From Heptranchias perlo (lineage: Eukaryota), in assembly GCF_035084215.1 (NCBI RefSeq), contig NW_027138892.1, positions 186,001 through 250,000 on the forward strand: a DNA stretch of 64,000 nt. Reading direction: 5' to 3'. Positions 59,410 to 64,000 of this stretch are shown here, piece after piece. A model generated the notes under the pieces. The model did not search any database. It saw only the letters and a program-made list of their open reading frames with translations, and was not told where the DNA came from. The number at the start of each line of letters is the position of its first letter. The stretch's first letter is position 1. Made by a program: the position numbers and the translations under genes.

Positions 59410-60917
59410 ATTGGTACAGACATTTACCGTATATTCACCAAAGATGCTTCACTTTTCAGTGAATCTGTTTGAACTGTTCATTTGATGACAGTTTGTTTGA
59501 CTTTCCATGGACCACTGTTGAACGAAAAATTACCGACCTCTTTTCCATCTCATGTTGGATAATGATGTGGGTAACGCGGGAGAGAGTGAGACAGAAAGAG
59601 ACAGATCTTCTCAGGAAAATATAGAAAATATGAGGCACATACACAGAGAGACGGACAGACACAGACACACATACACATGGATTGACTCAGAAATACTGAG
59701 AGTCAGAATATGGATAATTTGGCTGATTTTTGTTCCATTTCTGTCGTAGATTTCGTGAAATCTTGCAGATCAATTAAAATAAGCATAAAACTCGAGGTAC
59801 TCAATGCTGGGGAATTTGAATTTGAATTTTGAAACGCAGTGATGAAACAGGTTGATGAATGACGGGATCTGAAGTCTGTCAGATTTGAACCTGCGCGGGA
59901 GAAATGAATGAATTTCTAATCTGTCACCTTAACCACCAGTTAGTAAAAATCACAATTGCTCTGCATCCAGTCCTCAAATTGTCTCTTAATTATCCACCAT
60001 CATTCACAAATGGGTGCGGCAGGACTGCAGAGCTTTGATCGGGTCCGTTTTTTGTAGGATCGCTGAGCTCCATCTGCAGCATGCTGCTTCCACTGTTTGT
60101 CAAGTACTTTATGTTATTGGTGTGTGTATGTTTGTGTGTATATGTCTGTGTGTGAGTGTTTATGTAGCTGGCATGTGGGCCTCCATTTTTACAGCTATTT
60201 TATTTTAAACTCTTGGGGTCAGGATTCCTGGGCCTTCTCCTTCACACCACATGAGAGGAGGCGAGAAGGCCCGAAACAGCAGTTAAGTGCCTTTATTGCA
60301 CAGCTTGTGGGCCCGAAGGAGCAGGAGTGCTTTCCGCAGGCCCAACAAGCCAACCTGCCGTGATCCCACACAGGTGATCGGCCGACCCCCTCCAAATCTC
60401 CGACACCCCTGCACGAGCTACGAACCCCATGATATCCGACCCCCGCGATGACCACCGACCCCCGACCCCCGATGACTGAGCCCTCCCTCCGATGATTGAC
60501 CCACCCATGACCCCTGACGACCTCCCATGACCCTCCGATAGAATCATGCCCAATGAGTTTGATTCCCGTTGTGTTTTCTCTCTGTCGGTTTGCTAATAAA
60601 CGTTTAACTCGCGGCCTGTTCCCGTCAATGGTCACAAGTAGTAACAGACAGAGCGGGTCTGACCGCCCCGAGATGTGGAAAAGACATCAGTTCAGGACAA
60701 ATGCCTCAAATCAAATGGTCTCCCGGCACCGAGAGAGACAAATTCCAGAGAAAAAGGCAGAAGAAAAAAGAGAAATAAAAGCTCAACAAAGACACTATCA
60801 ATATTTCCCATTCTTGATGCCTGTCTATTTCTTCCCTAACCTTTCTGTGCCGGTTAAAATTTCAGTGTAAATAAATGCGAGAATCGACTCAAAGAACGAG
60901 AACAAAGCAACAAAAAT

Positions 60918-60990
60918 TGCCGAACACAGAATCAAACCCAGAGACCTTTAGATCTTCAATCTCACGCTCTCCAAACTCAACTTTTTCGGC
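60918..60990 (-). pseudogene. tRNA-Phe(GAA) pseudogene
   Basis: Reverse complement gccgaaaaagttgagtttggagagcgtgagattgaagatctaaaggtctctgggtttgattctgtgttcggca. Confidence 0.82.
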
Positions 60991-61338
60991 TCCACTGGAA
61001 ATTGGATTTTGTGACATCACCTTGGACAAAAATATAAACCGGGTGGAATTTCCCCTCCCGCTCATTCCTCCCTCTGGGGGAATGGGACCCGGTCAGATCC
61101 CGGAGCTCAGGTTATGTTGATGTTCTGCTGATGACATCTTAATATTATCTTGTGTTTGGCCTCATTTAATCAGGTTCATGGGCACTTTCTTCCCTCATCC
61201 CTTCTCCCAAATCGCTTCTTCCCCGAAGGAATGTGGTGCAGCCGTGGCCAAATTGAATAGGAAAAGCCAATTATCGCCCGCTTTCCACAGGAGAAAAAGC
61301 TCACCCTGGAGATTCAAGCGGAGCAAATTCCCAAATAA

Positions 61339-61411
61339 CGTTCCCACCCAGGATCGAACCGGGGACTTTTCGCGTGTGAGATAAATGTGACAATCGCTGC
61401 ACGACAGAAAC
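61339..61411 (-). pseudogene. tRNA-Val(CAC) pseudogene
   Basis: Reverse complement gtttctgtcgtgcagcgattgtcacatttatctcacacgcgaaaagtccccggttcgatcctgggtgggaacg. Confidence 0.8.
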
Positions 61412-61591
61412 CATTGCTCAATTTATGGCATCGTGTGGCTTCTCTGTTAAACAACATCTGTCCCACACTACAAGCTCACAATCCTTCTCTTTCACAAACA
61501 TTTCACTGATCAAAACTTCACAAGTCACACAGGAAAAAGTCTTCATTCCAAAATCATGAAACTCCCGAAGGAGCTGCGGGGACAGACTGAA

Positions 61592-61897
61592 CGGTGCAAC
61601 TGAGTACAGAGATACAGAGAGACACCAGCAGAGGGAGGTAGAGAGCGGTGTAACTGAGTACAGAGATACAGAGAGACACCAGCAGAGGGAGGTAGAGAGC
61701 GATGTAACTGAATTCAGAGATACAGAGAGACACCAGCAGAGGGAGGTAGAGAGTGGTGTAACTTAGTATAGAGATACAGAGAGACACCAGCAGAGGGAGG
61801 TAGAGAGCGGTGTAACTGAGTACAGAGAAACAGAGAGACACCAGCAGAGGGAGGTAGAGAGCGGTGTAACTGAGTGCAAAGAGAGAGACACCAGCAG
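61592..61897. repeat. 54-bp minisatellite, ~5.5 copies
   Basis: Unit gtaactgagtacagagatacagagagacaccagcagagggaggtagagagcggt. Confidence 0.95.
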
Positions 61898-61978
61898 ACT
61901 GCGCAGCAAAGCAACCTTTTATCTGAAATCTGAGGCGAGATCTAAACTGCACAGAGCAAGCCCACGGACAACCTCACG

Positions 61979-62890
61979 ATGCTCCACTTTTCCAGCTTCC
62001 ACCCTAACCACGTCAAAGAGGCCATCCCCTATGGACAGGCCCTGCGAATACACAGGGTCTGCTCAGACGAGGAGGAACGCGATGGACACCTACAGACGCT
62101 GAAAGACGCCCTAGTAAGAACGGGATATGACGCTCGACTCATCGATCGACAGTTCCGACGGGCCACAGCAAAAAATCGCATAGACCTCCTCAGGAGACTA
62201 ACACGGGACGCAACCAACAGAGTCCCCTTTGTCGTCCAGTACTTCCCCGGAGCGGAGAAACTACGCCATGTTCTCCGCAGCCTTCAACATGTCATCAATG
62301 AGGACAAACACCTCGCTATGGCCATCCCCACACCTCCACTACTCGCCTTTAAACAGCCACCCAACCTCAAACAGACCATCGTTCGCAGCAAACTACCTAG
62401 CTTTCAAGAGAACAGCGTCCACGACGCCACACAACCCTGCCACGGTAACCTCTGCAAGACATGCCAGATCATCGACACAGATACCACCATCACACGAGAT
62501 GACACCACCCACCAGGTGCATGGTTCATACTCCTGTGACTCAGCCAACGTTGTCTACCTCATACGTTGCAGGAAAGGATGCCCCAGAGCATGGTACATTG
62601 GCGAGACCATGCAGACGCTGCGACAACGGATGAACGGACACCGCGCAACAATCGCCAAACAGGAGGGTTCCCTCCCAGTCGGGGAACACTTCAGCAGTCA
62701 TGGACATTCATCCACCGACCTTCGGGTAAGCGTACTCCAAGGCGGCCTTCGAGACACACGACAACGCAAAATCGTCGAGCAGAAATTGATAGCCAAGTTC
62801 CGCACCCATGAGGACGGCCTCAACCGGGATCTTGGGTTCATGTCACGCTACACGTTACCCCACCAGCGAACAAATGTTATCTGTTTTTAA
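61979..62890 (+). CDS. Penelope-like ORF C-terminus: RT thumb, Cys linker and GIY-YIG endonuclease
   Basis: PCHGNLCKTC; SCDSANVVYLIRC..C..WYIGET...RMNGHR...VGEHF...EQKLI...GLN. Confidence 0.9.
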   Translation: MLHFSSFHPNHVKEAIPYGQALRIHRVCSDEEERDGHLQTLKDALVRTGYDARLIDRQFRRATAKNRIDLLRRLTRDATNRVPFVVQYFPGAEKLRHVLRSLQHVINEDKHLAMAIPTPPLLAFKQPPNLKQTIVRSKLPSFQENSVHDATQPCHGNLCKTCQIIDTDTTITRDDTTHQVHGSYSCDSANVVYLIRCRKGCPRAWYIGETMQTLRQRMNGHRATIAKQEGSLPVGEHFSSHGHSSTDLRVSVLQGGLRDTRQRKIVEQKLIAKFRTHEDGLNRDLGFMSRYTLPHQRTNVICF

Positions 62891-63139
62891 TATAATGGGT
62901 CATTTGCTGGCTCTCTCTGCCTTCCGGATGTTTCTGCCTCTCTCTGTGTTTTTTTTTCTCTGTTTTTTTTCCCTGTTTGTTTTTTTGTTGAATGTGTATT
63001 CGGAGGTTCTGCAGGTAACACCTCTCTGTCTGAACACGGTGATTGCCTTGGCAACGGGCAGTTGCAGGGGCAGTCTGTAAACACCATGTATTATTGTTCA
63101 ATATGTATAAATGCGTAGGCTTCAAGGAGATCTTGAAAC

Positions 63140-63180
63140 ATTTGCCTGAGGAAGGAGAAAATCTCCGAAAGCTTGTGAAT
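63140..63180 (+). ncRNA. Minimal type I hammerhead ribozyme
   Basis: AUUUGC-CUGAGGA-A-GGAG aaaau CUCC-GAAA-GCUU-GUGAAU: catalytic core, stem II, palindromic helix III, helix I closable with two G-U pairs. Confidence 0.7.
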
Positions 63181-63230
63181 TTAAAATAAAATTGCTGGAC
63201 TATAACTTGGTGTTGTAAAATTGTTTACAA

Positions 63231-63382
63231 CAGAGTAGAGGAAGCATTACTGTGTATCTAACCCGTGTTGTACCTGCCCTGGGAATGTTTGATTTGACAG
63301 TGAAGAGGGAGCTTCATTCTGCATATAACCCGTGCTGTACCTGTCTTGGGAGTGTTTGATGGGGCAGTTCAGAGTGAACTTT
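63231..63382. repeat. ~70-bp satellite-like repeat, 2 degenerate copies
   Basis: taacccgtg(t/c)tgtacctg..tggga.tgtttgat repeated at ~63259 and ~63325. Confidence 0.75.
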
Positions 63383-63384
63383 AA

Positions 63385-63975
63385 TAAGTCTCTCCACATA
63401 ACTGAAGTCCCTCATCCCTGGCACCATTCTAATAAATCTCCTCTGCACCCTCTCGAAGGCCTTGACATCCTTCCCAATGTTTGGTGTCCAGAATTGAACA
63501 CAATACTCCAGCTGAGGCCCAACCAGTGTTTTATAAAGGTTTCGTATCAATTCCTTGCTTTTGTATTCTGTGCCTCAATTAATAAAGCCAAGGGCCCCAT
63601 TTGCTTTTTTAAACATCCTTCTCAACTTATCCTGCACCTTCAAAGATTTGTGTAACTACACCCCCAGGTCTCTCTATTCCTGCACTCCCTTTAAAATTGC
63701 ACCATTTAGTTTATATTGTCTCTCCTCAATCTTCCTACCAAATGTATCACTTCACAATTCTCTGCATTAAATTTTATCTGCCATGTTTCTGCCCATTTCA
63801 CCAGTCTGTCTATGTCCTCCTGAAGTCTGTTACTATCCTCCACATTGTTAATTACATTTTCGAGTTTCGTGTCATGTGCAAACTTTGAAATTATACCCTG
63901 TACTCCGAAGTCCCAATCATTAATATATATCAAAAAGAGCAGTGGTCCTAATACCGAGCCCTGGGGGGCACCCCT
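63385..63975 (-). mobile_element. Degraded CR1 RT fragment
   Basis: IYINDWDFGVQGIISKFAHDTKL...LQEDIDRLVKWAETWQIKFN; LYKTLVGPQLEYCVQFW. Confidence 0.88.
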
Positions 63976-64000
63976 GTATACAGGGTACGGTAGCGTAGTG

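Larger units (their letters stand above)
61956..63230 (+). mobile_element. 5'-truncated Penelope-like retroelement (Neptune-type Cys linker)
   Basis: RT thumb KPTD..MLHFSSFHP...IPYGQALR plus GIY-YIG domain; 3' region contains a hammerhead core; acagag flanks both ends. Confidence 0.9.

Noticed and set aside
61554-61952. Repetitive hydrophobic 132-aa protein, or CRISPR-like array
   Set aside because: It is the translation of a 54-bp minisatellite with no unique spacers, in a eukaryotic context.

Overview
Eukaryotic vertebrate DNA, most likely a cartilaginous fish (inferred from a SacSINE1/Deu-type SINE, CR1 fragments and shark-type satellites). About 95% of the window is one giant imperfect palindrome: left arm ~135-29384, spacer ~5.6 kb, right arm ~34973-60804. 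From outside in, each arm carries a decaying tRNA cluster (Asp, Ser, Leu, His), a CpG-island promoter, a 9-exon ZP3 egg-coat gene, a Tx1-type retrotransposon doublet and two 4-exon ferritin genes. That gives 2 ZP3 copies and 4 ferritins (3 with intact reading frames, 1 chimeric pseudogene whose switch point is the inner arm boundary). No ferritin has a canonical iron-responsive element. Tx1 3' ends carrying a TATA-containing hairpin cluster at these promoters. A 3.3-kb ORF2-only LINE with a tRNA-like head is present in the left arm only. Outside the palindrome are Phe and Val tRNA pseudogenes, a 54-bp minisatellite, a Penelope-like element with a minimal hammerhead ribozyme, and a CR1 fragment. 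All identities and repeat boundaries were judged by eye and are approximate; no database searches were run.
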